A stretch of 32,000 nucleotides of DNA from contig NZ_CP179200.1 of the NCBI RefSeq assembly GCF_051201565.1, forward strand, positions 660,001 to 692,000, in the 5' to 3' direction. A program made the position numbers and the translations under genes. Shown here one piece after another: positions 24,340-32,000 of the stretch; the first letter of the stretch is position 1, and every line of letters begins with the position of its first letter. The notes under the pieces were generated by a model, which saw only the letters and a program-made list of their open reading frames with translations, did no database searches and was not told the DNA's origin. Source of the stretch: Pseudothioglobus sp. nBUS_23 (GTDB taxonomy: Bacteria > Pseudomonadota > Gammaproteobacteria > PS1 > Pseudothioglobaceae).

Positions 24340-25602
24340 GTGAGTAAAACTAGTTATTCTGCCTTTAAAGTTTTAAAAGAGGCGTTAACTGGCCATAAAG
24401 GCTGGGAGCCTACTTGGCGAGACGCTGAACCAAAAGCTGATGGCTATGATGTCATCATCGTTGGCGGAGGTGGCCACGGATTAGCAACGGCCTATTACCT
24501 AGCAAAAAATCATGGCATTACCAATGTTGCGGTCCTTGAAAAAGGCTGGATTGGTGGGGGTAACGTTGGAAGAAACACAACCATTATTCGTTCTAACTAT
24601 CTGCTTCCAGGAAACGAGCCATTTTATGAATTATCACTGCAGCTATGGGAGAATCTTGAGCAAGATTTAAACTATAACGCGATGGTCTCACAGCGCGGAA
24701 TCATGAACTTAATTCACTCAGACGCTCAGAGAGACGCCTTTATCAGAAGAGGCAATGCGATGCTTTTTGCTGATGCAGGTTGCGAGTATATTGAGGCTAA
24801 AGAAGTGAAAGAGAGATACCCATTCCTCGATATGGATAATCCAAGATTTCCTATTAAGGCAGCGCTAGCTCAGCCTCGCGGTGGAACTGTGAGGCACGAT
24901 GCTGTTGCTTGGGGTTATGCCAGGGGCGCAAGTGACCTTGGTGTTGATATTATTCAGAACTGTGAGGTGACAGGCTTTAATATTGAAAATGGAAAATGCT
25001 TAGGTGTTCAAACCTCCAAAGGTGAAATTAAGGCAGGCAGGGTTGGCGTTTGTGTCGCTGGATCATCCGGAAGAGTTATGGCTAAAGCAGGTATCAAATT
25101 ACCGATTGAAAGCCATGTTCTCCAAGCCTTTGTAACTGAAGGACTCAAGCCAGTCATGGACAACGTGATTACGTTTGGTGCTGGGCACTTTTACTGTTCG
25201 CAGTCAGACAAGGGAGGCCTTGTCTTTGGTGGTGATATAGACGGATACAACACTTATGCTCAGAGAGGTAATCTCCCTGTTGTAGAGGATGTATGCTCTG
25301 GAGGTATGGCGATCATGCCATCAATTGGTCGTGCCAGGCTGCTAAGAATGTGGGGCGGAATCATGGACATGTCGATGGACGGATCCCCCTTTATTGATAG
25401 TACAGAAGTAGAAGAGCTTTTCTTTAATGGTGGTTGGTGTTATGGAGGATTCAAAGCGACCCCTGCGAGCGGCTACTGTTACGCGCACTTATTAGCAACG
25501 AATAATTCTCACGAAGTTGCATCTGCTTACAAGCTGGATCGATTTAGGAGAGGCGCGATTATTGATGAAAAGGGCGTTGGCGCTCAACCAAACTTACACT
25601 AA
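24340..25602 (+). CDS. soxB: Heterotetrameric sarcosine oxidase beta subunit family (SoxB; equally compatible with N-methylglutamate dehydrogenase MgdA)
   Basis: 420-aa ORF with a GTG start and GGAG 9 nt upstream. Motifs are DVIIVGGGGHGLATAYYLA, GRNTTIIRSNY and GGTVRH186DAVAWGYARGA, the last being the position of the covalent-FMN histidine. Confidence 0.85.
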   Translation: MSKTSYSAFKVLKEALTGHKGWEPTWRDAEPKADGYDVIIVGGGGHGLATAYYLAKNHGITNVAVLEKGWIGGGNVGRNTTIIRSNYLLPGNEPFYELSLQLWENLEQDLNYNAMVSQRGIMNLIHSDAQRDAFIRRGNAMLFADAGCEYIEAKEVKERYPFLDMDNPRFPIKAALAQPRGGTVRHDAVAWGYARGASDLGVDIIQNCEVTGFNIENGKCLGVQTSKGEIKAGRVGVCVAGSSGRVMAKAGIKLPIESHVLQAFVTEGLKPVMDNVITFGAGHFYCSQSDKGGLVFGGDIDGYNTYAQRGNLPVVEDVCSGGMAIMPSIGRARLLRMWGGIMDMSMDGSPFIDSTEVEELFFNGGWCYGGFKATPASGYCYAHLLATNNSHEVASAYKLDRFRRGAIIDEKGVGAQPNLH

Positions 25603-25614
25603 GGGGAACAAGAC

Positions 25615-25905
25615 ATGATCATAAATCATCCACTGCTAGGTCCTCGAGATTCAGAAGAGTTTGTTTATCTTGGTTCGACCGATCTGATCAACAGACCAAC
25701 CAATTGGGAAGAAGAGGCCTCAGCTGAAGATTTCTACCAGTATCAATACATCAGAGACAACATTGCTGGGGATCACCAGGAGCTCTGGTATCACGAGCAA
25801 GGTGACCAGTCATGGCTTGTTGTTTCCAGAAATACGCTAACACATGAGATTACAAATGTAGAGCTTGCTCAAGATGTCTCAAGAAAAATGGGTAGAGGGA
25901 AATGA
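25615..25905 (+). CDS. soxD: Sarcosine oxidase delta subunit family (SoxD/MgdB)
   Basis: 96-aa ORF with the SoxD-like frame xxIxxPxxGPRDxxEFxY ... RDN ... WYHxxGxxxW ... RNTLTHEI. Its position between the beta and alpha genes fits. ATGA overlap with soxA. Confidence 0.8.
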   Translation: MIINHPLLGPRDSEEFVYLGSTDLINRPTNWEEEASAEDFYQYQYIRDNIAGDHQELWYHEQGDQSWLVVSRNTLTHEITNVELAQDVSRKMGRGK

Positions 25906-28865
25906 GTCAGACGAATAGAAAAGACGGCGGTCTAATAAACAAAGAAAAAACTTTAACCTTTACCTTTAATGGTCAAATTTTAAGAGGGTATGAGGGTGAT
26001 ACGCTTGCATCAGCACTTCTCGCTAACAATAAACAACTGGTCGGAAGATCATTCAAGTATCACAGACCTCGCGGTATAGTTACTGTAGGCTCTGAGGAGC
26101 CAAATGCAATCATGGAGATTGGAAGCGGAGCACATAAAGAGCCAAACACGCGTGCGACCGTAACACAGCTTTATAACGGCCTTGAAGCAAACAGTCAAAA
26201 CCATAGAGGGCCACTTAGCTTTGATTTGATGGCCATCACTGATTTCTTTTCGCCAATGCTCGGTGCAGGTTTTTATTATAAAACTTTTATGTGGCCAAAA
26301 GCCTTTTGGGAAAAACTTTATGAACCAGCCATTCGAAATTCTGCTGGTCTAGGAACGCTCTCAACTGAGCCAGATCCTGACACTTACGACAAAGGGTTCC
26401 GTTACTGCGATATATTAATTATCGGTGCGGGAGCTTCTGGTTTGTCTGCTGCATTGACTGCTGCCAGCTCAGGAGCAAAGGTCATTTTGGCTGATGAAGA
26501 CTTCCTGATGGGTGGACGTTTAAATTCTGAGACTGCAAAGATTGATGGTAAAGCAGGAAGCGAATGGGCAAAAAATGCAGTCGATAAACTGAGCGCAATG
26601 GACAACGTCACATTGATGTCAGATACAACTATTTTTGGAGTTTACGACCACGGTATTTATGGTGCACTCGAAAATCGCTCCTCTGAATCAAGAGCTGAAT
26701 CTAAAAAGCCAAGACAGGTCAACTGGAGAATTTATGCCAAGCGCTCCATTCTTTGCGCTGGCGCAATTGAGCGCTCAATTGCTTTTGGAAATAACGACCG
26801 TCCAGGAATTATGTTAGCTGGAGCCGTCAGAGCTTACATGAACAGGTTTGCTGTTGCCACGGGTAAAAAGGTCTCGGTTTATACTAATAACGATGACGGA
26901 TGGCAAACTGCAAAAGATTTAAGGTCTAAGGGAGTGAAGGTAGTTGCAGTGATAGATTCACGTTCTATAAGTCCAGTCATGGGAATTCAGGGCGCAGAAA
27001 TTTTTATGGGTACCGATGTTGTTGATACTAAAGGTAGAAGGGCTCTTAAATCAATTAAGCTCTCCAACGGCAAAAGTATCGATACCGATTCACTGGCCGT
27101 TTCTGGCGGTTGGAATCCTAACTTACATTTAACTTGCCACCACAGAGGAATCCCAAAGTGGAATGAAGACATTGCTTCTTTTGTGCCTGATGATAATACG
27201 CCTCCGGGTATGTCAGTTGCTGGAAGAGCAAAAGGGACGATGGTTCTTAATGATGCAATTAAAGAGGCTCATGATTTAGGTTCATTTGTTGCTGAGGAGT
27301 TGGGCTTCAAAGCTTCAGATCTGGAGCCAGCGACAACACCAACAGTTGCTTATAACGTTGTTGCTAACTGGGGCGTTCCGAGTGGCAAAAATCGTGCCTG
27401 GGTCGACTTTCAGAATGATGTGACAGCTAAAGATGTCAAGCTAGCGAATCAAGAAGGATTTAAATCAGTTGAGCATGTCAAGAGGTATACCACTCTAGGT
27501 ATGGCGACTGATCAAGGTAAAACAGCCAACGTCTTAGGTATAGGTATTATGGCCGAAAACATGGGTCAGTCCATGCAAGAGACCGGAACAACCATATTCA
27601 GGCCGCCATACAACCCAGTGGCTGTTGGAGCGTTCGCTGGAAGAAGAAGAGGAATGGAATTCTATCCAACGCGTTATACGCCAAGCCACAAATGGTCGGA
27701 AGAGCAGGGTGCTGTATTTGTTGAGGTAGGGATGTGGTACCGCTCTCAGTGGTTCCCTCAGCCTGGTGAGACTCACTGGCGTCAATCCGTTGATCGTGAG
27801 GTCATTCAAACGCGTTCATCTGTTGGTATATGTGACGTAACTACTCTAGGAAAAATTGATATTAAGGGTTCTGACGTCTCAGAATTCTTAAACAAAGTCT
27901 ATGTGAATGCTTTTGCTAAGCTTCCAGTCGGCAAGACTAGGTACGGCTTAATGTTAAGAGAAGACGGTATGGCTATGGATGATGGAACAACCGCTAGACT
28001 GGCTGAAGATCATTTTGTGATGACCACAACAACTGCAAACGCAGTCAGTGTATACAGGCACCTTCAGTTCTGCCATCAGGTCTTGTGGCCTGACTTAGAT
28101 GTCCACATGATTTCTGTAACTGAGCAGTACGCCCAATACGCAGTAGCAGGTCCAAATTCTCGTAAACTTCTCGAGAAGATTGTTGATTCAAAGCATGATA
28201 TCTCTAATGAGGGTTTTCCATTTATGGCTGCAGGCGAGATTTCAGTCTGTGGAGGCATTCCAGCTAGACTTTTTAGAATCTCTTTTTCGGGCGAATTAGC
28301 CTATGAAATTGCTGTCCCAACGCGCTATGGAGACTCACTCATGAGGGCGATGATGGAAGCAGGAGAGGAGTTTAATGTCGTTCCATACGGAACTGAGGCG
28401 CTCGGTGTTATGAGAATTGAGAAAGGGCACGCGGCAGGACCTGAGCTGAATGGTCAAACCAGTGCTTATGATCTTGGAATGGGCGGTATGGTTTCGGGCA
28501 AAAAAGACTTTATTGGATACAAGCTTGGCCTGCGAGAAGAGTTGCAGCGAAGTGATCGTATGCAGATGGTTGGTTTTAAGCCGGTCAACAAAGCAGACCT
28601 TGTTGACAAAGGTCATTCAATGGCTGGATCTCATCTGCTTGATCTCAGAGAGAAGCCGACCACTGAGAATGATCAGGGTTGGATCTCTTCATCAATCTAT
28701 TCACCCATGCTTGGGTGCTATATCGGTCTCGGATTCATTAAAAACGGACTAAATAGAAAAGGTGAGTTTGTTCGAGCTGTTGATTTAGTTAGAGGAAGTG
28801 ACATAGAGGTCGAAATTTGTAGCCCGCACTTCTATGATCCTGAAGGAGGGCGTTTACGTGTCTGA
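25902..28865 (+). CDS. soxA: Sarcosine oxidase alpha subunit family (SoxA/MgdC)
   Basis: 987-aa ORF. The N-terminus is Fer2_4-like (LTFTFNGQILRGYEGDTLASALLANN), followed by an NAD/FAD fold (ILIIGAGASGLSAALTAA). The C-terminus is a GcvT/THF-binding domain (ICDVTTLGKIDIKG, SFSGELAYEIAVP). Confidence 0.9.
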   Translation: MSQTNRKDGGLINKEKTLTFTFNGQILRGYEGDTLASALLANNKQLVGRSFKYHRPRGIVTVGSEEPNAIMEIGSGAHKEPNTRATVTQLYNGLEANSQNHRGPLSFDLMAITDFFSPMLGAGFYYKTFMWPKAFWEKLYEPAIRNSAGLGTLSTEPDPDTYDKGFRYCDILIIGAGASGLSAALTAASSGAKVILADEDFLMGGRLNSETAKIDGKAGSEWAKNAVDKLSAMDNVTLMSDTTIFGVYDHGIYGALENRSSESRAESKKPRQVNWRIYAKRSILCAGAIERSIAFGNNDRPGIMLAGAVRAYMNRFAVATGKKVSVYTNNDDGWQTAKDLRSKGVKVVAVIDSRSISPVMGIQGAEIFMGTDVVDTKGRRALKSIKLSNGKSIDTDSLAVSGGWNPNLHLTCHHRGIPKWNEDIASFVPDDNTPPGMSVAGRAKGTMVLNDAIKEAHDLGSFVAEELGFKASDLEPATTPTVAYNVVANWGVPSGKNRAWVDFQNDVTAKDVKLANQEGFKSVEHVKRYTTLGMATDQGKTANVLGIGIMAENMGQSMQETGTTIFRPPYNPVAVGAFAGRRRGMEFYPTRYTPSHKWSEEQGAVFVEVGMWYRSQWFPQPGETHWRQSVDREVIQTRSSVGICDVTTLGKIDIKGSDVSEFLNKVYVNAFAKLPVGKTRYGLMLREDGMAMDDGTTARLAEDHFVMTTTTANAVSVYRHLQFCHQVLWPDLDVHMISVTEQYAQYAVAGPNSRKLLEKIVDSKHDISNEGFPFMAAGEISVCGGIPARLFRISFSGELAYEIAVPTRYGDSLMRAMMEAGEEFNVVPYGTEALGVMRIEKGHAAGPELNGQTSAYDLGMGGMVSGKKDFIGYKLGLREELQRSDRMQMVGFKPVNKADLVDKGHSMAGSHLLDLREKPTTENDQGWISSSIYSPMLGCYIGLGFIKNGLNRKGEFVRAVDLVRGSDIEVEICSPHFYDPEGGRLRV

Positions 28866-29427
28866 TTACGAATTATTACCAGAGTCGCCACTAGGCGGCG
28901 TTGAAATAGAGCTTGAAGGTTTTAACATAACTGAAGTCACAGATAAATCTCTAGTGATGTTAGCGCTTCCAAGAGATAAGTTTAGCGATATTGAATCTTC
29001 AATTGACAAGTCCTGCGGATTAAAGCTTCCTGAAATGGAGAATTCAACTGAGTCAAAGGATTCATCCATTACCCTCTGGCGTTTACAAAAAAATCAGGTT
29101 TTGGCTTACTATACTTATGAGGGCCATGATGCAGAGTCACACCTCTCTAGTCAATTAAATGCTCCGGCATACTATACTGACCAGTCTGATACTTGGGCAA
29201 TGATTAGGGTAAGTGGCAAGAGAAGCAGAGACGTACTTGAGAGGATCTGTCCGATTGATTTAAGTCCTGAGGTTTTCACAGTTGGAAGAGTTTCTAGAAC
29301 TATTATGGAGCATATAGGAACCATAATCTTTAGAGACGGTGATGACTCTTATGTTCTCTTAACGATGCGCTCTTTTGGTCGTTCAATGCTTCATGCTATT
29401 GAGGTTTCTGCTGACAACGTACTCTAA
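28858..29427 (+). CDS. soxG: Sarcosine oxidase gamma subunit family (SoxG/MgdD)
   Basis: About 189 aa, assigned by its position after soxA and its gamma-subunit size. I prefer the GTG at 28858 (GGAGG 8 nt upstream, 8-nt overlap with the end of soxA, whose TGA stop is 28863-28865) over the SD-less ATG at 28834 given in the ORF track. Confidence 0.7.
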   Translation: MSDYELLPESPLGGVEIELEGFNITEVTDKSLVMLALPRDKFSDIESSIDKSCGLKLPEMENSTESKDSSITLWRLQKNQVLAYYTYEGHDAESHLSSQLNAPAYYTDQSDTWAMIRVSGKRSRDVLERICPIDLSPEVFTVGRVSRTIMEHIGTIIFRDGDDSYVLLTMRSFGRSMLHAIEVSADNVL

Positions 29428-29460
29428 AAGCAAAGCCAAAAAATCCTGTTTATAAATCCT

Positions 29461-29491
29461 ATTTTCTAGCTATGAACAATGGCTAGAAAAA
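29461..29491. terminator. Hairpin between the convergent soxG and lipocalin genes
   Basis: 10-bp stem ATTTTCTAGC (29461-29470) / GCTAGAAAAT (29482-29491) with an 11-nt loop. The flanking T-runs are weak. Confidence 0.3.
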
Positions 29492-29545
29492 TAACGCTGG
29501 CAAGAATATTAAAGAGCATCCAGAGTATAAAGTTCTTATTTATTT

Positions 29546-30091
29546 TCACTTGGCATGGATTGCTTTTTGTAAAGCATCGAGTTCATACCCAAGAGACTCC
29601 ACTACATCAACCAATTTTGTGTAGTCCTGCTCAGAAATTGATGGCGTTCTAGCCATAATCCATACATAGTCACGACTATTTCTACCAATAATAGTTTGCT
29701 GGTAATTGTCATCTAAATAGACGATTCTGTAGTCTGCCTTGATTGGCCAGACAAACTGCATACCCCAGATCGCGTTGGTTGTTTCATCCATTACAAATCC
29801 GCGAGGTCGAAATACCTTGGATGGGCCATCGAGACTACCTTTGTTGAAAGTGAAAGTCGTTGCAATAGTCCCATCGTTATCTCTTTTGTAAGTCTCCACA
29901 GGATTGTAAGCGTCCTTCTCAAGAAACGTTGGAATAGTTGCAATGACATACCAATCACCCATGAACCTGTCAAGGTCAACATAGTCAACTACTGGCATGG
30001 GTCCTTCACTGCTATCCTCAAGGGCTTGAACACTAGAGCATCCAAAAAAATAAAATAATAGTGTTAAAAATAGTGAGATTTTATTATTCAT
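29546..30091 (-). CDS. blc: Bacterial lipocalin (Blc-type outer-membrane lipoprotein)
   Basis: 181-aa ORF with a signal peptide and probable lipobox (LLFYFFGC/SS). It carries the lipocalin motif DLDRFMGDWYVIA and is colinear with Blc. Confidence 0.8.
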   Translation of the reverse strand: MNNKISLFLTLLFYFFGCSSVQALEDSSEGPMPVVDYVDLDRFMGDWYVIATIPTFLEKDAYNPVETYKRDNDGTIATTFTFNKGSLDGPSKVFRPRGFVMDETTNAIWGMQFVWPIKADYRIVYLDDNYQQTIIGRNSRDYVWIMARTPSISEQDYTKLVDVVESLGYELDALQKAIHAK

Positions 30092-30165
30092 ATTTTCATT
30101 TTAAATGAGAGATATGCAAACAAGATGAAGATTACAAGTTCTTTAAAAGTAGTTTGATGACAAGC

Positions 30166-31221
30166 CTAGACTGTATAGCGCTTTTCGGTTTTCAAATCAA
30201 ATAAATGGATGTTGTCGGAATCAATTGAAAATTGCTTTTTTGTATTCTTGCTTTCAGGTGAATATACACCAGGGATACTGGCTGTGATAAAGTCACCTGT
30301 TGAGGTAAGTTTTCCATGCAGGAGAGTATTAGCACCGAGCGGCTCAGAGTTAAGAATTGTTATCTCAATTGGACCATTATCATCTGGAATTAAATGTTCG
30401 GGGCGAAGACCAATTTTCAAAGAGCAATCTCCTTTAGGCCCGGAACCAATTTTAGAGTCACGAATATAAATTTCTTCATTATTAATACTGCCTTCAATAA
30501 TATTCATTGCCGGACTCCCAATAAATTGCGCTGCAAAGACTGAGCCCGGTGTTTCATATACCTCAAGAGGCGTGCCAATTTGCTCTGCAATGCCTGCATT
30601 CATAACAATCATTCGGTCTGCCATGGTCATCGCTTCAACCTGGTCATGTGTTACATAAAGCGCTGTTACTCCAAGTTTTTCTTGTAATTCGCGAATTTCC
30701 AATCGCATTTGAACTCTTAATTTGGCATCAAGGTTCGATAAAGGCTCATCAAATAAAAACACTGCTGGCTCGCGCACGATTGCACGACCCATTGCAACTC
30801 TCTGACGCTGCCCGCCTGATAATTGCTTGGGTCTGCGGTCAAGTAATGGCTCCAATTGCAGTAACTTTGCAGCCGCAACTACTTTAGCATCAATTTGATC
30901 TTTAGGCATTTTGGCTATCTTGAGACCGTAGCCCATATTTTGACGAACAGACATATGAGGATACAGCGCATAGTTTTGAAAAACCATGGCAATATCTCGA
31001 TCCATGGGTTCCTTTTCATTTACAAAATCTTCGTCAATAAAGATTTCTCCCTCTGTGACGGTTTCTAACCCAGCAATCATTCTAAGAAGCGTAGATTTAC
31101 CACATCCAGAAGGTCCAACAATTACTATAAACTCACCATCTTTGATGTCCGTTGAAATGCCCTGAATAACCTCTGTTGAACCAAATTTTTTCTTGACATT
31201 CTTAAGGGATACTGTTGCCAT
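30166..31221 (-). CDS. ugpC: ABC transporter ATP-binding protein, UgpC/MalK type (sn-glycerol-3-phosphate or sugar import)
   Basis: 351-aa ORF with long identical runs to E. coli UgpC ([20 protein letters not shown], [15 protein letters not shown], [42 protein letters not shown]). A C-terminal regulatory domain is present. Confidence 0.8.
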   Translation of the reverse strand: MATVSLKNVKKKFGSTEVIQGISTDIKDGEFIVIVGPSGCGKSTLLRMIAGLETVTEGEIFIDEDFVNEKEPMDRDIAMVFQNYALYPHMSVRQNMGYGLKIAKMPKDQIDAKVVAAAKLLQLEPLLDRRPKQLSGGQRQRVAMGRAIVREPAVFLFDEPLSNLDAKLRVQMRLEIRELQEKLGVTALYVTHDQVEAMTMADRMIVMNAGIAEQIGTPLEVYETPGSVFAAQFIGSPAMNIIEGSINNEEIYIRDSKIGSGPKGDCSLKIGLRPEHLIPDDNGPIEITILNSEPLGANTLLHGKLTSTGDFITASIPGVYSPESKNTKKQFSIDSDNIHLFDLKTEKRYTV

Positions 31222-31246
31222 AATTTTTCCTATTATCTAATATATT

Positions 31247-32000
31247 CTATTTCTCACTGTCTACCAGGCCTCTGATAAATAGTTTCTGCATTCCAACTAC
31301 AACGATTACAGGTGGAATCATTGCAAGGATTGAAGTAGCCATAATCACGGGCCAATCAGCCACGTCATCACCTGATGGAAACATTTGTTTAATACCCATC
31401 ACAATAGTATTCATTTCGGGCTCTGTTGTTATTAGTAAAGGCCACAGATATTGATTCCAACCATAAATAAATAAGATTACAAATAATGCTGCAATGTTTG
31501 TCCTACTCATTGGCAAGACAATATCCCAAAAGAATCTCATTGGACTGGCGCCATCAACTCTTGAGGCTTCAGCCAACTCATCCGGAATAGTGAGGAAAAA
31601 TTGTCGAAATAAGAATGTTGCAGTAGCTGAAGCAATTAATGGAAAAATGAGACCGCTATAACTATTAAGCATGCCAAAACTTGCTACAACTTCATAGGTA
31701 GGAACAATGCGAACTTCAACAGGTAGCATTAAAGTTAAAAAGATCATCCAAAAGAAAAAAATTCTACCTGGAAAGCGAAAATATACAATTGCAAAAGCAG
31801 ACAGAAGCGAGATAATAATCTTACCAATTGCTATACTAATTGCCATCACAAAACTATTCACTAGCATAGTTGATACAGGAACATTTACACCAGAGAAAAG
31901 CGCTTTTGAGTAATTCTCCCAAAATTGATCACCAGGCCATAGGGGCATTGGTGGTTTTACGATTTCAGGTTGAGTAACCGTTGAGGCAACGAAGGCTAGC
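31247..32000 (-). CDS. ugpE: ABC transporter permease, UgpE/MalG type (5' end outside window)
   Basis: The frame stays open to the window edge upstream of the Met at 31948. It has multiple TM segments and the EAA loop [23 protein letters not shown]. It lies immediately upstream of ugpC. Confidence 0.7.
   Translation of the reverse strand, partial: LAFVASTVTQPEIVKPPMPLWPGDQFWENYSKALFSGVNVPVSTMLVNSFVMAISIAIGKIIISLLSAFAIVYFRFPGRIFFFWMIFLTLMLPVEVRIVPTYEVVASFGMLNSYSGLIFPLIASATATFLFRQFFLTIPDELAEASRVDGASPMRFFWDIVLPMSRTNIAALFVILFIYGWNQYLWPLLITTEPEMNTIVMGIKQMFPSGDDVADWPVIMATSILAMIPPVIVVVGMQKLFIRGLVDSEK

Noticed and set aside
28834-28857. ATG at 28834 as the start of soxG
   Set aside because: It has no SD and would overlap soxA by 32 nt. 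The GTG at 28858 has GGAGG at optimal spacing and overlaps the soxA stop region. Either start remains possible without N-terminal data.
4327-29427. Whether the methylated-amine island is a horizontally acquired mobile island
   Set aside because: I found no integrase, transposase, tRNA target or flanking direct repeats. I also see no obvious compositional break relative to the flanking sucAB and ugp genes.
24340-29427. Firm assignment of the four-subunit enzyme as either sarcosine oxidase or N-methylglutamate dehydrogenase
   Set aside because: The two are homologous and I cannot separate them by eye. The gmaS/mgs/tdm context favours Mgd, while the GcvA-like LysR and the BHMT-like gene are equally compatible with Sox. 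I therefore annotated at family level.
284-31913. About 35 further 60-110-aa ORFs in the track nested in or antisense to the large genes, for example 284-532, 1296-1583, 8736-9068, 13661-13948, 17129-17359, 27534-27809, 28450-28752 and 30209-30469
   Set aside because: Each lies wholly within a longer ORF that has clear family motifs. None has a recognisable motif or ribosome-binding site. I treat them as frame noise.

Overview
This is an AT-rich chromosomal segment (about 40% G+C in genes by eye, much lower between genes) that looks like a streamlined marine proteobacterium. It holds 24 complete CDS and one CDS cut by the window edge. I saw no rRNA, tRNA, CRISPR, transposase or integrase. The left flank is sucA-sucB (2-oxoglutarate dehydrogenase E1/E2, minus strand). 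The core, from about 4.3 to 29.4 kb, is a methylated-amine and one-carbon catabolic island. In order it contains a stand-alone homocysteine S-methyltransferase (BHMT-like), an XRE-cupin regulator, and a GS-like gene with three glutamate-synthase-fragment genes (gmaS-mgsABC, the N-methylglutamate pathway) ending in an unassigned 128-aa ORF. Next come a DUF1989-GcvT fusion with the architecture of TMAO demethylase (tdm), a betaine/TMAO-type ABC importer (tmoXWV-like, with a fused double permease) and folD. On the minus strand sit a LysR gene, an AspH-like 2OG oxygenase and a Rieske oxygenase. Divergent from the LysR gene is a five-gene operon: a SoxB-like flavoprotein followed by soxB-soxD-soxA-soxG, which could be heterotetrameric sarcosine oxidase or N-methylglutamate dehydrogenase. 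The right flank holds a lipocalin lipoprotein and ugpE-ugpC-like ABC genes. Most of this is a recognisable known pathway, not a new system. The points worth follow-up are the missing dimethylamine step alongside three unassigned redox enzymes, a zinc-ligand-less SoxD, an extra SoxB paralog lacking the FMN-histidine, the small ORF ending the mgs operon, and an OGDH whose E2 lacks an E3-binding domain and whose E1 lacks the usual N-terminus. All functional calls rest on motif and architecture recognition by eye, with no database search.
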